37,925 nucleotides of DNA from an uncultured delta proteobacterium (GTDB taxonomy: Bacteria; Desulfobacterota; Syntrophia; Syntrophales; UBA2192). How positions within the stretch are numbered: the first letter of the stretch is position 1; every line of letters begins with the position of its first letter. The notes beneath the pieces are model-generated. The model made no database searches. It saw only the letters and a list, made by a program, of their open reading frames with translations, and was not told the origin of the DNA. Below, piece by piece: positions 9,212 to 18,826 of the stretch. The DNA lies in the NCBI GenBank assembly GCA_963705165.1, contig CAVPJD010000023.1:1-37925 (forward strand). The letters run 5' to 3'. A program made the position numbers and the translations under genes.

Positions 9212-9521
9212 AAGAACCCTCTGAAGTCCGAATCGGGGATTCAGTCTTCGACGACTGCGGGGTCAAAGACGTCTTTGCTCTGCACATCTTGCAAGACATC
9301 GGCAAGACAGATCATCCGAAAGGAAAGCGATGCTGCCGATGGCAGGATGAGCCGGCCTGGCGCGCGGCAGCCGCAATGGTTTCATCTAACGGATCGATCC
9401 CGGAAATGTCAAGAATTATGAGAGAAACGGCCTCTTTGCGGATGCCGTCACGCCAAGCTCTCTTGACGCGCCAAAGCAGGCCGTGCTAATGTAGACAAAA
9501 CCACATCAGGAGGGAACAACC

Positions 9522-10055
9522 ATGGCACGAATCCCTCTGCAGATCACTTCCCGAAATCTAGAGCTCACCGGCGAAATCGAATCCTTCATCCTGAAAAAAT
9601 CGGAAAAGCTCGACAAGTTCCATCGCGACATGATGAGCTGCCGGGTCTTGCTGCAAGTTCCCCACCGGAACCGCAACAGCGGGCTTGTCTACAACGCGAG
9701 GATCGACCTCGCCCTGCCGGGCAAGGACATTGTCATCCGGCGGGAGGCCCACGAGGACCTGCACAGGGCGATCAACCTCGCCTTCGACGCCGCCCTGAAA
9801 CGGGTCCAGGCCTATGCCCGCAGGAAGCGGGGAGAGGTCAAGCGCCACGAGGAGCCGCCGCGGGGGCGCGTGGCCTCGCTCTTCCCGGAGGCGGGCTACG
9901 GGTTCATCGTCTCGGCGGACGGCCGGGACGTCTATTTCCACCGCAACAGCGTGCGCAATGAGCGCTTCGAGGACATGGTGGTGGGGATGGAGGTCGTCTT
10001 CGTCGAGGAACAGGGCCTGAGAGGGCCGCAGGCGAGCAGTGTCCGCATCCGCTGA
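9522..10055 (+). CDS. HPF/RaiA ribosome-associated protein fused to cold-shock domain
   Basis: LQITSRNLE N-terminal HPF-like region; GYGFI...DVYFH RNP motifs; AGGAGG RBS. Confidence 0.9.
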   Translation: MARIPLQITSRNLELTGEIESFILKKSEKLDKFHRDMMSCRVLLQVPHRNRNSGLVYNARIDLALPGKDIVIRREAHEDLHRAINLAFDAALKRVQAYARRKRGEVKRHEEPPRGRVASLFPEAGYGFIVSADGRDVYFHRNSVRNERFEDMVVGMEVVFVEEQGLRGPQASSVRIR

Positions 10056-10070
10056 CGGCAGCTGATAACG

Positions 10071-10215
10071 GAAGCCGACAGCCGACAGTCTACAGCCGAC
10101 AGTATAAAAAGAAAGTAGGCAAGAGGGATCTGTTGTGTTGGCTGTTGGCTGTTGGATGTTGGCTGTTGGCTGTTGGCTGTTGGCTGTTGGCTGTTGGCTG
10201 TCGGCTGTCGGCTTC
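10071..10215. repeat. Inverted heptamer cassette family A
   Basis: gaagccgacagccgacagtctacagccgacag - aaaagaaagtaggcaagagggat - (ctgttgg)n ctgtcgg ctgtcgg cttc. Confidence 0.95.
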
Positions 10216-10225
10216 TTGCTGCTGG

Positions 10226-11839
10226 CTATTTGCCTGCAGCAAGATCCCTCGCGTACTCGGCGATGTTCTCGCAGTGATCGGACATGCGTTCCAGGCGCAG
10301 GAGCATTTCGACGAAGATGGGCCCCGCTTCAGGCTGGCAGGAGCCGGTGTGGTAGCGTTCCTGGTGCCGCTTCCTGGCCTCCCTTACGAGACGGTCGATC
10401 CGGTCTTCGCGGGAAAAAATCCTCGAGATCAGCTCGGTGCTGATCCCGTCGAGCAGGGCAACGGAATCGTCCAGGTTTTTGTTGATCAGATCGGCAATTT
10501 CTTCGATCTCCGCGAAGGCCCACTTCGTGAATTCGATATTGCCGCGGTTTCGGTCGCGTGCCAGGCTGACGACGTGAACGGCGTGGTTCCCGATCCTCTC
10601 GATGTCATCGGCCATCCCGGAATAGGCAAAGAGCTTCCTGGAGAGATCGACGGTCAGCCCGCCCTTGGAAATCTTCATCAGGTAACGGTTCAGCTCCCGC
10701 CTCAGGTTGTCCACGACCAGTTCGATATACCGGATGTCGCGGGCCCTTCCTTCGCCGAAATGCGGGATGAGGTTCATGCTCGATGCGCACATGCGTTTGA
10801 CGAGAAACATCTGGCGCCGCAGCTCTTTCCGGACCTGCTCGAGTGCCGCCGCCGCGTCCGGCAGGTAGCGGTCGTCGAGAAATTCGGGCCAGATGGGAAG
10901 CGTCTCGACCTTTCCGGGAATGATGCGCTCCACGAGATAGGAGAAGGGCTGCAGGAAAAAGAAGAAGAACGCCACGATGAACAGGTTGAACAGCAGGTGC
11001 CCGTAAACGATCTGCTGGGCGGTATCGGGGGAGAGGGCCGTCACGCTCTGCAGGAACAGCGGCAGGGCCAGCATGCAGAAGACCGCGCCGAAGAGTTTGA
11101 AGAGAAAATGCGCCAGAGCCGTGCGCTTCCCGTTGACGTTGGCCACGAGGCTTGCGAGCAGGGCCGTGATCGCCGACCCGATGTTGGCGCCAAAAACAAT
11201 GGGGAGGGCATGGTAGAGGGTGATCACGTCGTTTTGCGCCAGGATGACAAGGATCGTGATCGGGATGGCCGAGGAGTGGATCACCGATGCCGCGATGACA
11301 CCGATCGCAAGCCCCAGCAGGGGATAATCCGCCCACTGGAACATGGAACGGACGGCTGCGCTCTCCTTGAACGGCACCGTCGCCATGGAGACAAGCTCCA
11401 GCCCGAAGAAGATGAGGCCAAAATAAAAAATCCCCTCGCCGATCTTCTTCCACTTCTCCCGGCTGAAAAACCAGAGCATGCCGCCGGCAAAAACGATCAC
11501 GGGGGATATCTCGGTGACCTTCCAGACGACGAGCTGCACGGTGAGGGTCGTGCCCACGTCGGCCCCGAGAATGATCGGCAGCGACCGGTAGAAGCTCATG
11601 AGGCCGGCGCTCACCATCCCAACCACGAGAACCGAGGTGGCCGTGCTGCTCTGGAAAAGGACCGTAGTAACGATACCCGTCGCCAGGCCGTAGAGGGGCC
11701 TCTCAACGGCCAGCCTGAAATACTGGCGTATGCGGACGTTGCTGAGATATTGCTGTACCTCCTCGCTCAGGCGCATCATCCCGAAGAGAAAAAGGGTGAT
11801 GCCCGCCGCAAAGAGGAGGATTTCACGAACCCATATCAT
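10226..11839 (-). CDS. Na/Pi cotransporter family protein with PhoU domains
   Basis: QSSTAT and HSSA motifs, GANIGS, DDIERIGNHA and LERMSDHCENIAE PhoU repeats; start placed at MIWVRE. Confidence 0.9.
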   Translation of the reverse strand: MIWVREILLFAAGITLFLFGMMRLSEEVQQYLSNVRIRQYFRLAVERPLYGLATGIVTTVLFQSSTATSVLVVGMVSAGLMSFYRSLPIILGADVGTTLTVQLVVWKVTEISPVIVFAGGMLWFFSREKWKKIGEGIFYFGLIFFGLELVSMATVPFKESAAVRSMFQWADYPLLGLAIGVIAASVIHSSAIPITILVILAQNDVITLYHALPIVFGANIGSAITALLASLVANVNGKRTALAHFLFKLFGAVFCMLALPLFLQSVTALSPDTAQQIVYGHLLFNLFIVAFFFFFLQPFSYLVERIIPGKVETLPIWPEFLDDRYLPDAAAALEQVRKELRRQMFLVKRMCASSMNLIPHFGEGRARDIRYIELVVDNLRRELNRYLMKISKGGLTVDLSRKLFAYSGMADDIERIGNHAVHVVSLARDRNRGNIEFTKWAFAEIEEIADLINKNLDDSVALLDGISTELISRIFSREDRIDRLVREARKRHQERYHTGSCQPEAGPIFVEMLLRLERMSDHCENIAEYARDLAAGK

Positions 11840-11925
11840 GGTTTTCAGCGCCTCTCGGGCCCATTGAGCCCCCAGCCGGCCCTGACCTTCCATTGCCGGC
11901 CTTGCTTGACAAGTTCAAATTTCTC

Positions 11926-12207
11926 CTAAAGCGTCCTTCTCGGGATGCCCTCGGTCTGGTATTTCTGTTCGAAGGCCCCCACATTGCGCCCGACGAAGGA
12001 AACATTCTCGAGGGCGCTTTCAGGGTAGTTGGCCGCTTGCAGGGCACCGGAGATCTCGCCGACGATGGCACGGAAGTCGGGGTTGCCGATCTCCACCTTT
12101 GCACGGGCGTGTGTCTCGTCGACGAGGGTCACTCCCCGAATGTCGTGGCGGACGAGGCGGTGCAGGTTGCGGGTAAGGAAGATGCCCATGCACAGGGTTC
12201 GTCTCAT
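11926..12207 (-). CDS. Hypothetical protein (93 aa)
   Basis: ORF filling the gap between co-directional genes, GGAGA RBS; no motif recognised. Confidence 0.45.
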   Translation of the reverse strand: MRRTLCMGIFLTRNLHRLVRHDIRGVTLVDETHARAKVEIGNPDFRAIVGEISGALQAANYPESALENVSFVGRNVGAFEQKYQTEGIPRRTL

Positions 12208-12243
12208 CCCGGTCTCCATGGATTGGGGGTTTGCAAGAAACAT

Positions 12244-12321
12244 ACAAAGAAGCCTACAGTCGACAGTCTACAGCCTACAGAAAAGATCTGTCGGCTGTCG
12301 GCTGCAGGCTGTCGGCTGTCT
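12244..12321. repeat. Inverted heptamer cassette family A, minimal spacer
   Basis: acaaagaagcctacagtcgacagtctacagcctacag-aaaagat-ctgtcggctgtcggctgcaggctgtcggctgtc. Confidence 0.9.
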
Positions 12322-14361
12322 TCAGGAGACTTCAATCTTGGCGTCCACGGCGATGCAGCCCTGGCCCTTACCGTAGAGAATAAGCGGGTTGATGTCAATG
12401 TTACAGATCTCGGGGTGATCCACGAGCATCTTCGAGATGCCCGCAATGCAGCGTGCCAGGGCCTTCACATCAAGGGCCCCCCTGCCGCGGAACCCCTTCA
12501 GAAGCCCTGCCGCCCTGAGGTCCAGGACCATGGACTCGGCCTCTTTTGCCGCAACAGGAACGACGCGCATGGCCGTGTCCTTGAGCAGCTCGACGAAAAT
12601 GCCGCCGAGACCGAAGAGGACGACGTGGCCGAACTCGTTGTCCTTCCGGGCCCCGATGATAACCTCGGTACCGGCCGGCGCCATTTTCTGGACGAGACAG
12701 CGCCGGGCTTTCATGGCCCTGAAGGCTTTTCGCAGTTCCTGCTCGCCGGCGATATTGAGCACCACTGCGCCCTTTTCCGTCTTGTGCAGGACGGCGGGGT
12801 CGGCTGTTTTGAGGGCCACGGGGTAGCGCAGGCGCCGCGCCGCCTTTACGGCCTCATCGGCGCTCCCGGAAACGGCAAGCCCGGCATGAGAAACCCCGTA
12901 GGATCCGAGAAGGGAAAAGGCCTCGTCGGGCGCCATGAACCCGGGCCTCAGTGCCGGGCTTTTCTTAGACCTCGCCGGGCGCTTCGGTGCGGCCGCGCGC
13001 CTGGCGGACTGGAAACGATGATGCCAGAGCGACCGCGACAGGGCCTTGAGCGCCGTGTCGACGTCCTCGAACAGGAAGGCGTCTGCTTGCTCTTTCACGG
13101 AAAACCATGTGTGCTTGTCAGGGATGATGCAGGGGATGACGGGCTTTCCATAGCGACGGGCAAGGGCGAGGGAGGCCTCGAGGAGCCGCTTTGACGGCTC
13201 AACCTCCAGGCTGGCGACATAGGCATGGCTGAAGACGACCCCGTCGACGCCGTCCTCGGCAAGGGCCTTCTCCACGATACCGGCGTAGGCGTCGATGTTG
13301 AAGATGTCGCCCATGTCCAGGGGGTTCGACATGCGGATGACGCCGGCCCGGACGTGCTGTTTCACGTGGTTGAAAAAATCATCGGAGAGCTTCGCGAGCT
13401 CGAACCCGTAGCGGTGGACCGCATCGGCCAGCAGCACCGCCTGCCCGCCGGAGCGCCCGAGGACGGCGAGACGCGGCCCCTTGATGACGGGAAGCGAAAA
13501 GACCTTGAAGCTCTCCATCATCTCCGTGAGGTTCTGCACGCGGTGAATCCCCGCCTGCCGGAAGGCCGCCGTGACGACTTCATCGTCCCCGGCGAGCGCC
13601 GCCGTGTGAAAGCGTGCGGCGTGGTTGCTTGCGGGGTTCGTGTTGGCCTTCAGAACAATGAGCGGCTTCTCGGTTGACTCCGCCAGCTTCATCAGCCGGC
13701 AGCCATCGGCCACGTCCTCCAGGTAGAACCCGATGACCTTTGTATCCGGGTCTGCCCGCAGGTATTCGAAGAAGTCATTCTCGTTGACGTCGAGCTTGTT
13801 TCCCATGCTGATGAGCTTGCTGGCCCCCAGGTTCTCGTAGGACAGCAGCCGCATGCAGTCCAGGGCGACCCCCCCGCTCTGGGCCACGATCGAGATGTTC
13901 CCCTTTCTGATCTCCCGGTCTTCCAGGGGGACAAAGGGCAGGACGAGACCGTTTTCCAGGTTGACGATGCTGATGCAGTTGGGCCCCACGACCCGCATGC
14001 CCCATCGCCTTACGATGTCCAGGACCTCCCTCTCGAGGTCACGGCCCTGATCGGCATACTCGCTGAAGCCGCCCGATTCGATGATGGCCCTGCGGATTCC
14101 CTTGCGCCCGCAGGCATCGAGTGCCTCCGGCACATGACGGGCAGGCAGGAGGAACACGGCCAGGTCGGGCACCCCCGGGACCTCGTCGATTCCCGGGAAG
14201 ATCGGGACCCCGTTGACATCGCTGCCGTCTTTCCCCACGGCATAGATTTCCCCCTTGAACCCGAAGTGCTGCAGGTTCAGTACAATGTTCCTCCCCAGGT
14301 TGGTGGGCGCCGCAGAGACCCCGAAAACGACGACACTTGCCGGAAAAAAAACCTTCTCCAT
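12322..14361 (-). CDS. Acetate--CoA ligase (ADP-forming) family protein, fused CoA-binding and ATP-grasp domains
   Basis: FFPASVVVFG, VGPNC, QSGG, SMGNKLDV, HTAALAG, HKTEKG, FGLGGIFVE, DINPL, VDAKI. Confidence 0.92.
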   Translation of the reverse strand: MEKVFFPASVVVFGVSAAPTNLGRNIVLNLQHFGFKGEIYAVGKDGSDVNGVPIFPGIDEVPGVPDLAVFLLPARHVPEALDACGRKGIRRAIIESGGFSEYADQGRDLEREVLDIVRRWGMRVVGPNCISIVNLENGLVLPFVPLEDREIRKGNISIVAQSGGVALDCMRLLSYENLGASKLISMGNKLDVNENDFFEYLRADPDTKVIGFYLEDVADGCRLMKLAESTEKPLIVLKANTNPASNHAARFHTAALAGDDEVVTAAFRQAGIHRVQNLTEMMESFKVFSLPVIKGPRLAVLGRSGGQAVLLADAVHRYGFELAKLSDDFFNHVKQHVRAGVIRMSNPLDMGDIFNIDAYAGIVEKALAEDGVDGVVFSHAYVASLEVEPSKRLLEASLALARRYGKPVIPCIIPDKHTWFSVKEQADAFLFEDVDTALKALSRSLWHHRFQSARRAAAPKRPARSKKSPALRPGFMAPDEAFSLLGSYGVSHAGLAVSGSADEAVKAARRLRYPVALKTADPAVLHKTEKGAVVLNIAGEQELRKAFRAMKARRCLVQKMAPAGTEVIIGARKDNEFGHVVLFGLGGIFVELLKDTAMRVVPVAAKEAESMVLDLRAAGLLKGFRGRGALDVKALARCIAGISKMLVDHPEICNIDINPLILYGKGQGCIAVDAKIEVS

Positions 14362-14382
14362 TCCTCTCTCCTTTGCGAAAAG

Positions 14383-14482
14383 AAGTGTCTAAGTGTCTAA
14401 GTGTTTAAGTGTCTAAGTGAAAAAGGAACGGAAGTCGATTTTGATTCACTCAGACACTCAGACACTCAAGCACTCAGACACT
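14383..14482. repeat. Inverted octamer cassette family E: (AAGTGTCT)5-spacer-(ACACTCAG)5
   Basis: Left arm 14383-14420, 25-bp spacer, right arm 14446-14482. Confidence 0.92.
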
Positions 14483-14488
14483 GTTTTT

Positions 14489-14908
14489 TTATTCCCCTAT
14501 AATCTTCACCAGTACGCGCTTTTTCCGCCTGCCGTCGAACTCACCGTAGAAGATCTGCTCCCAGGGACCGAAATCGAGCCTCCCGCCCGTGACGGCCACG
14601 ACGACCTCCCTTCCCATGATCTGCCTCTTCAGATGCGCATCGCCGTTGTCCTCGCCCATGCGGTTGTGCCGGTAGCGGGAGACCGGTTCATGGGGGGCCA
14701 GTTTTTCCAGCCACTCTTCGTAGTCCTTGTGAAGGCCCGCCTCGTCGTCATTGATGAAGACTGAGGCAGTAATGTGCATGGCGTTGACAAGGACGATCCC
14801 CTCCCGAATGCCGCACTCCCCGAGGCACGCCTCGACCTGGGCCGTGATGTTCACGAAGGCCATCCGGGCCGGGATATTGAGCCACAATTCCTTCCGGTAG
14901 GATTTCAA
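14489..14908 (-). CDS. yjbQ: YjbQ/UPF0047 family (secondary thiamine-phosphate synthase-like) protein
   Basis: [37 protein letters not shown] start after AGGAGAGG. Confidence 0.88.
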   Translation of the reverse strand: MKSYRKELWLNIPARMAFVNITAQVEACLGECGIREGIVLVNAMHITASVFINDDEAGLHKDYEEWLEKLAPHEPVSRYRHNRMGEDNGDAHLKRQIMGREVVVAVTGGRLDFGPWEQIFYGEFDGRRKKRVLVKIIGE

Positions 14909-14930
14909 GACACCTCTCCTGTCGGGTATT

Positions 14931-15130
14931 GAAGCTCCCGCCCGCAGGGCGGGGCTTCCCGGTAATGAAAGAACCAAACATGATTGCGCCGGAATACCAG
15001 GGGAACGGGATTATTCCCCCTCCAACCCTTTCCCGGAAAAGGAATGGGAATTATTCACCCTCACCCTGACCCTCTCCCCTCAAGGGAGAGGGAACCTACA
15101 CGGTAACTTCCCCCGTAGGGAGAGGGAGAT
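14931..15130. repeat. Cluster of short REP-like palindromes
   Basis: gaagctcccgcccgcagggcggggcttc; ccctcaccctgaccctctcccctcaagggagaggg; second partial gggagaggg. Confidence 0.6.
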
Positions 15131-15244
15131 CAGGGGTAGTGATTTTCCTGGGGCGCCCCTCCCTTCGAATACTCAAACTGTTTTTTCTACTACCAACGGC
15201 CGGTATTGAAAAGGGTTTTTTATGACCTTTTCAGTGCGACTGCT

Positions 15245-15349
15245 GCGACATCCATGTCGCGGCCGGTAACCCACCGAAAATGGGGGTCCTGCAGGGCAGA
15301 GTCTCGCTTTGAAACCATCGCAACATGCCCGGCATGACATTTTTGTCAC
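15245..15349. promoter_or_regulatory. Pair of palindromic putative enhancer sites (15245-15260, 15334-15349)
   Basis: GCGACATCCATGTCGC and ATGACATTTTTGTCAC upstream of a sigma54 promoter. Confidence 0.6.
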
Positions 15350-15437
15350 CCCCCGGCCCGACCCGATCCACAGGAGGGGTACCCGCAAGGGCCCGCTGAA
15401 TGGTGACTGCGAGTCATCCCCTGGACTCCCACCCGTT

Positions 15438-15453
15438 TGGCAAGACATTTGCT
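15438..15453 (+). promoter_or_regulatory. Sigma54 (-24/-12) promoter
   Basis: TGGCAAGACATTTGCT = GG-N10-GC. Confidence 0.75.
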
Positions 15454-15526
15454 TAATTCAGTTTTGATTAAATCGCACCCGCGGATTTCGTCGGACCGGC
15501 GAACCGCCTGCTGGAGACCGGATGTC

Positions 15527-15697
15527 ATGAAGGTATTGCGTTTCAACGAAGCGGGCCTGGACTGCAATTTCGAGGTCCACGGGAAGACGGTCGAAGAGGT
15601 CCTCAAGAAGGCGGCTGATCATGCCCGGAAAGGTCATAATCTGGAAGTGACGGAAGATTCGCTGGACGCCTGGCGATCCCTCATCCAGGAAGACTGA
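15527..15697 (+). CDS. DUF1059-like small putative metal-binding protein
   Basis: MKVLRFNEAGLDCNFEVHGKTVEEVLKKAADHARKGH pattern; GGAGA RBS. Confidence 0.8.
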   Translation: MKVLRFNEAGLDCNFEVHGKTVEEVLKKAADHARKGHNLEVTEDSLDAWRSLIQED

Positions 15698-15780
15698 CAG
15701 GGAGACTGAGCGCCCGGCCTTCATCGCGAGTCTTTCGTTTTTGCATTCCTGCCGCTGATCCTCTATAATCCCCCGCCTGT

Positions 15781-16917
15781 ATGAAACGGATTCTGCACCT
15801 GGACATGGATGCTTTCTTCGCGGCCGTCGAGGAGAGACGAAAACCCGAACTGCGGGGCAAGCCCGTCGTCATCGGCGGCGGGGGGGACCCTTCGAGCCGC
15901 GGGGTCGTTTCCACCGCCTCCTACGAGGCGAGAAAATACGGGATCCACTCGGCCATGCCGCTCCGTACGGCCTACCGCCTCTGTCCCCAGGCCATCTTCC
16001 TGCCTGTCGATTATGACGAGTATGTGCGCTGCTCGGTCCTCTTCAAGGCGGTGCTCCGCCGGTTCAGCCACGCCATGGAGGATGTCGGGATCGACGAGGC
16101 CTACCTGGACCTCTCGGAAAGCGAACGCCCCGCAGAGGAGATCGCCCGGGAGATCAAAAAGCAGATCCTCGACGAGACGGGGCTCACCTGCTCGATCGCG
16201 ATCGCCCCCAACAAGCTGCTGGCCAAGATCGGCTCGGACATGCAGAAGCCCGACGGGCTGACGATCCTGGGAGAGGAAGATGTGTCCGTCCGGATATGGC
16301 CCATGTCCGCAAGGAAGCTCCTGGGCGTGGGACCCAAGACGGAGACACGCCTGAAGGAGATGGGAATCGACACGATCGGTCAGCTTGCCGCCCTTCCGCT
16401 GGAGCGGCTGACGGGGGAATTCGGCCAATCCTACGGCCGCTATCTGTACGACGCATCGAGGGGGATCGACGACAGCCCCATCGTGACTCACTGGGAACCC
16501 CGCTCGATGAGCCGTGAGATGACGTTCGAGACGGACGTGAGCAACTGGCAGGTGATCGCGAAAACGATGGCCGAGCTCACAAAGGACGTCGTCAAGGCCA
16601 TGCGCGAGGATGGTTACAGGGGACGCACGGTGACCCTGAAGATCCGCTTCAGCGATTTCGAGACGCACACGCGCTCCATCAGCCTCCGGGAACCCGTCGA
16701 TTCCGAAGAGACAATCCGCCGCACGGTCTTCGAGTGTTTAAAAAAAGTCGAGCTGAAAAAAAGGGTGAGACTGATTGGAGTGAGGATGAGCAACCTCGAA
16801 AAGAAAGGAGTTCAGGGTATAGGGTACAGGGTACAGGTAAGAACGAATGAATCATTCATCCCCTTTACCCTGGCCCCTGGACCCTGGACCCTTCTTCAGG
16901 CGTACTCCCTCATGTAG
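15781..16917 (+). CDS. dinB: DNA polymerase IV
   Basis: ILHLDMDAFFAAVE, SYEARKYG, IDEAYLD, NKLLAK, TLKIRFSDF, VRLIGV; C-terminal tail is repeat-derived. Confidence 0.95.
   Translation: MKRILHLDMDAFFAAVEERRKPELRGKPVVIGGGGDPSSRGVVSTASYEARKYGIHSAMPLRTAYRLCPQAIFLPVDYDEYVRCSVLFKAVLRRFSHAMEDVGIDEAYLDLSESERPAEEIAREIKKQILDETGLTCSIAIAPNKLLAKIGSDMQKPDGLTILGEEDVSVRIWPMSARKLLGVGPKTETRLKEMGIDTIGQLAALPLERLTGEFGQSYGRYLYDASRGIDDSPIVTHWEPRSMSREMTFETDVSNWQVIAKTMAELTKDVVKAMREDGYRGRTVTLKIRFSDFETHTRSISLREPVDSEETIRRTVFECLKKVELKKRVRLIGVRMSNLEKKGVQGIGYRVQVRTNESFIPFTLAPGPWTLLQAYSLM
16813..16891. repeat. Inverted heptamer cassette family B inside the dinB 3' end
   Basis: cagggta tagggta cagggta caggtaa - spacer - taccctg gcccctg gaccctg gaccct. 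Confidence 0.85.
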
Positions 16918-17579
16918 CCCTGGATGTACTTCCGGACCTGTTCCTTCGTCTGGAAGATCCCGAAGTGGCCTTCGCAGAGGATGTCGGCCTCGAGGGCCAG
17001 GAGTTTCTCCATGGATTTGCGCCAGCGGCTCACATCGGACTTGAAGCTCGGCAGGAAAGGACCGTGGATGTCCTGGCCGAAAAGGACTCTCTTCCCGCCC
17101 CGGTCCAGGTAGATGGACATGGAACCGGGAGTGTGCCCGGGCGTGTGGAGCAGATGCAGCTGCTCGGAGCCGAATTGAAGGATTTCATGGTCTGCCTTGA
17201 AGCGGATATCGACAGGGGTGGGCGGGAAATCCGTTTCATACCAGTTGGCCGCCGTCATGATGGGGTCGCCTTCCTCGATGGCACGGGCGTCCAGTTCGTG
17301 GGCGGCTAGTTTGCAGCCGAAATTTTCCCGGAAGTAAGGCGCAGCGCCGATGTGATCGATGTGGCAGTGCGTGAGGATGACCGTGGAGATCTTCTTCGGG
17401 TCGAGACCCGCGCTCTCGATGTTGCGCACCAGCGTCCGCGAGCTGCGGCCGGCGCCGGTATCGATCATGATAAGCTCGCCACTGAAATCGATGACGAAGA
17501 CCGTGGCATCCTCCGACATGGAGATGTTCGGCCCGCCTACGAGCCAGACGCCCTCGACGATCTTCTCGGCCTTACCCAT
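16896..17579 (-). CDS. MBL-fold metallo-hydrolase
   Basis: IDTG, THCHIDHIG, TPGHTPGS, LFGQD, CEGHFG. Confidence 0.92.
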   Translation of the reverse strand: MGKAEKIVEGVWLVGGPNISMSEDATVFVIDFSGELIMIDTGAGRSSRTLVRNIESAGLDPKKISTVILTHCHIDHIGAAPYFRENFGCKLAAHELDARAIEEGDPIMTAANWYETDFPPTPVDIRFKADHEILQFGSEQLHLLHTPGHTPGSMSIYLDRGGKRVLFGQDIHGPFLPSFKSDVSRWRKSMEKLLALEADILCEGHFGIFQTKEQVRKYIQGYMREYA

Positions 17580-17598
17580 TTTAACCCCCGTCTCAGCG

Positions 17599-17733
17599 GC
17601 CTACAGTCTACAGCCGACAGCCGACAGAGGGACAGGCGTATAGCAGGTCAGTAGGCTGTTTTGGCTGTTGGCTGTTGGCTGTTGGCTGTTGGCTGCTGGC
17701 TGTCGGCTTGTTTAGTGTCGGCTGTCTGCTGTC
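17599..17733. repeat. Inverted heptamer cassette family A
   Basis: gcctacagtctacagccgacagccgacag - spacer - taggctg..(ttggctg)5..tcggctt. Confidence 0.9.
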
Positions 17734-17735
17734 CG

Positions 17736-18665
17736 CTAAAACTCTGTTTTTAACGAGCCGATCAGCTCGTTGACATCCCCGATGCCATGGCGCACGAGGT
17801 ACGCCTCGATCCCTTCTACGATTTCCATTGCGGCCCTCGGGTTCACGAAATTGGCCGTTCCGACCTGCACGCCCTTTGCTCCGGCGATGAGGAATTCAAG
17901 GGCATCGTCGGCCTCCATGATCCCGCCGATTCCGATCACGGGGATGGAGACGGCTTTCACGGTGTTCCAGACCATGCGGATCGCCACCGGTTTGACGACA
18001 GGACCCGACAGGCCGCCGGTCACGTTCTTCAGGTGCGGAATGCGCCTCTCGATGTCGATGGACATGCCCAGCAGCGTGTTGATGAGCGAAAGGGCGTCGG
18101 CGCCGGCGTCTTCGCAGGAGCGCGCAATCTCGGTGATGTCGGACACATTGGGAGAAAGCTTGACGATGACGGGAAGATCCGTGACCGATTTCACGATCTT
18201 CGTCACCTCGCGGGACGCATCGGGGTCACAGCCGAAAACGTGCCCCCCCTTCTGCACGTTGGGGCAGGAGATGTTGACCTCGAGGGCGTGAATGCCGGGA
18301 ACGCCGCTGAGTGCAGCCGCCACCTTCCCGTATTCCTCCAGTGTCTCACCGAAGATATTGACGATGACCTTCGTGTCGAACTGCCGCAGCCAGGGAAGCT
18401 TGTCGCCGATGAAGGCCTTCACGCCGACGTTCTGAAGTCCGATGGCGTTCAGCATCCCGCCGGGCGTCTCCATGATCCGCGGCGGCGGGTTACCCCTGCG
18501 CGGCTCAAGAGAGATCCCCTTCACCACCACGGCCCCGAGCCGGTTGAGGTCGATGTAAGGCGAATACTCCTCACCGTACCCGAAGGTTCCCGACGCAGTC
18601 ATGACGGGGTTCTTCAGAGTCAGGCTGCCGATTTTGACTTCAGTGAGGGGTTTCAAAGTCGTCAT
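17736..18665 (-). CDS. pyrD: Dihydroorotate dehydrogenase (class 1B, catalytic subunit)
   Basis: [39 protein letters not shown]. Confidence 0.96.
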   Translation of the reverse strand: MTTLKPLTEVKIGSLTLKNPVMTASGTFGYGEEYSPYIDLNRLGAVVVKGISLEPRRGNPPPRIMETPGGMLNAIGLQNVGVKAFIGDKLPWLRQFDTKVIVNIFGETLEEYGKVAAALSGVPGIHALEVNISCPNVQKGGHVFGCDPDASREVTKIVKSVTDLPVIVKLSPNVSDITEIARSCEDAGADALSLINTLLGMSIDIERRIPHLKNVTGGLSGPVVKPVAIRMVWNTVKAVSIPVIGIGGIMEADDALEFLIAGAKGVQVGTANFVNPRAAMEIVEGIEAYLVRHGIGDVNELIGSLKTEF

Positions 18666-18707
18666 CCACTTTTCTCGTCTTTCTTCTTATCGACAACCGC
18701 AGCCTGA

Positions 18708-18814
18708 GGCTACAGGATACAGGTACAGGCTACAGGCTACAGGTCACCAGTCAGTAGGCATCTGTGGGCTGTCATGTTGCCTGTGGCCTGTCGGCCTGTA
18801 GCCTGCAGCCTGTA
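18708..18814. repeat. Inverted heptamer cassette family D: (CAGGCTA)n-spacer-(GCCTGTA)n
   Basis: aggctacaggatacaggtacaggctacaggctacagg ... gcctgtggcctgtcggcctgtagcctgcagcctgta. Confidence 0.85.
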
Positions 18815-18826
18815 CTGCCTTCGGCG

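Noticed and set aside
15173..15437. Possible structured ncRNA (several hairpins)
   Set aside because: No SRP, tmRNA, 6S or RNase P hallmarks recognised; the main palindromes are better explained as enhancer sites for the sigma54 promoter at 15438. An Rfam scan was not run.
15781..16800. dinB as the enzyme that synthesises the repeats
   Set aside because: It looks like an ordinary Pol IV; proximity is uninformative because cassettes flank most genes here.
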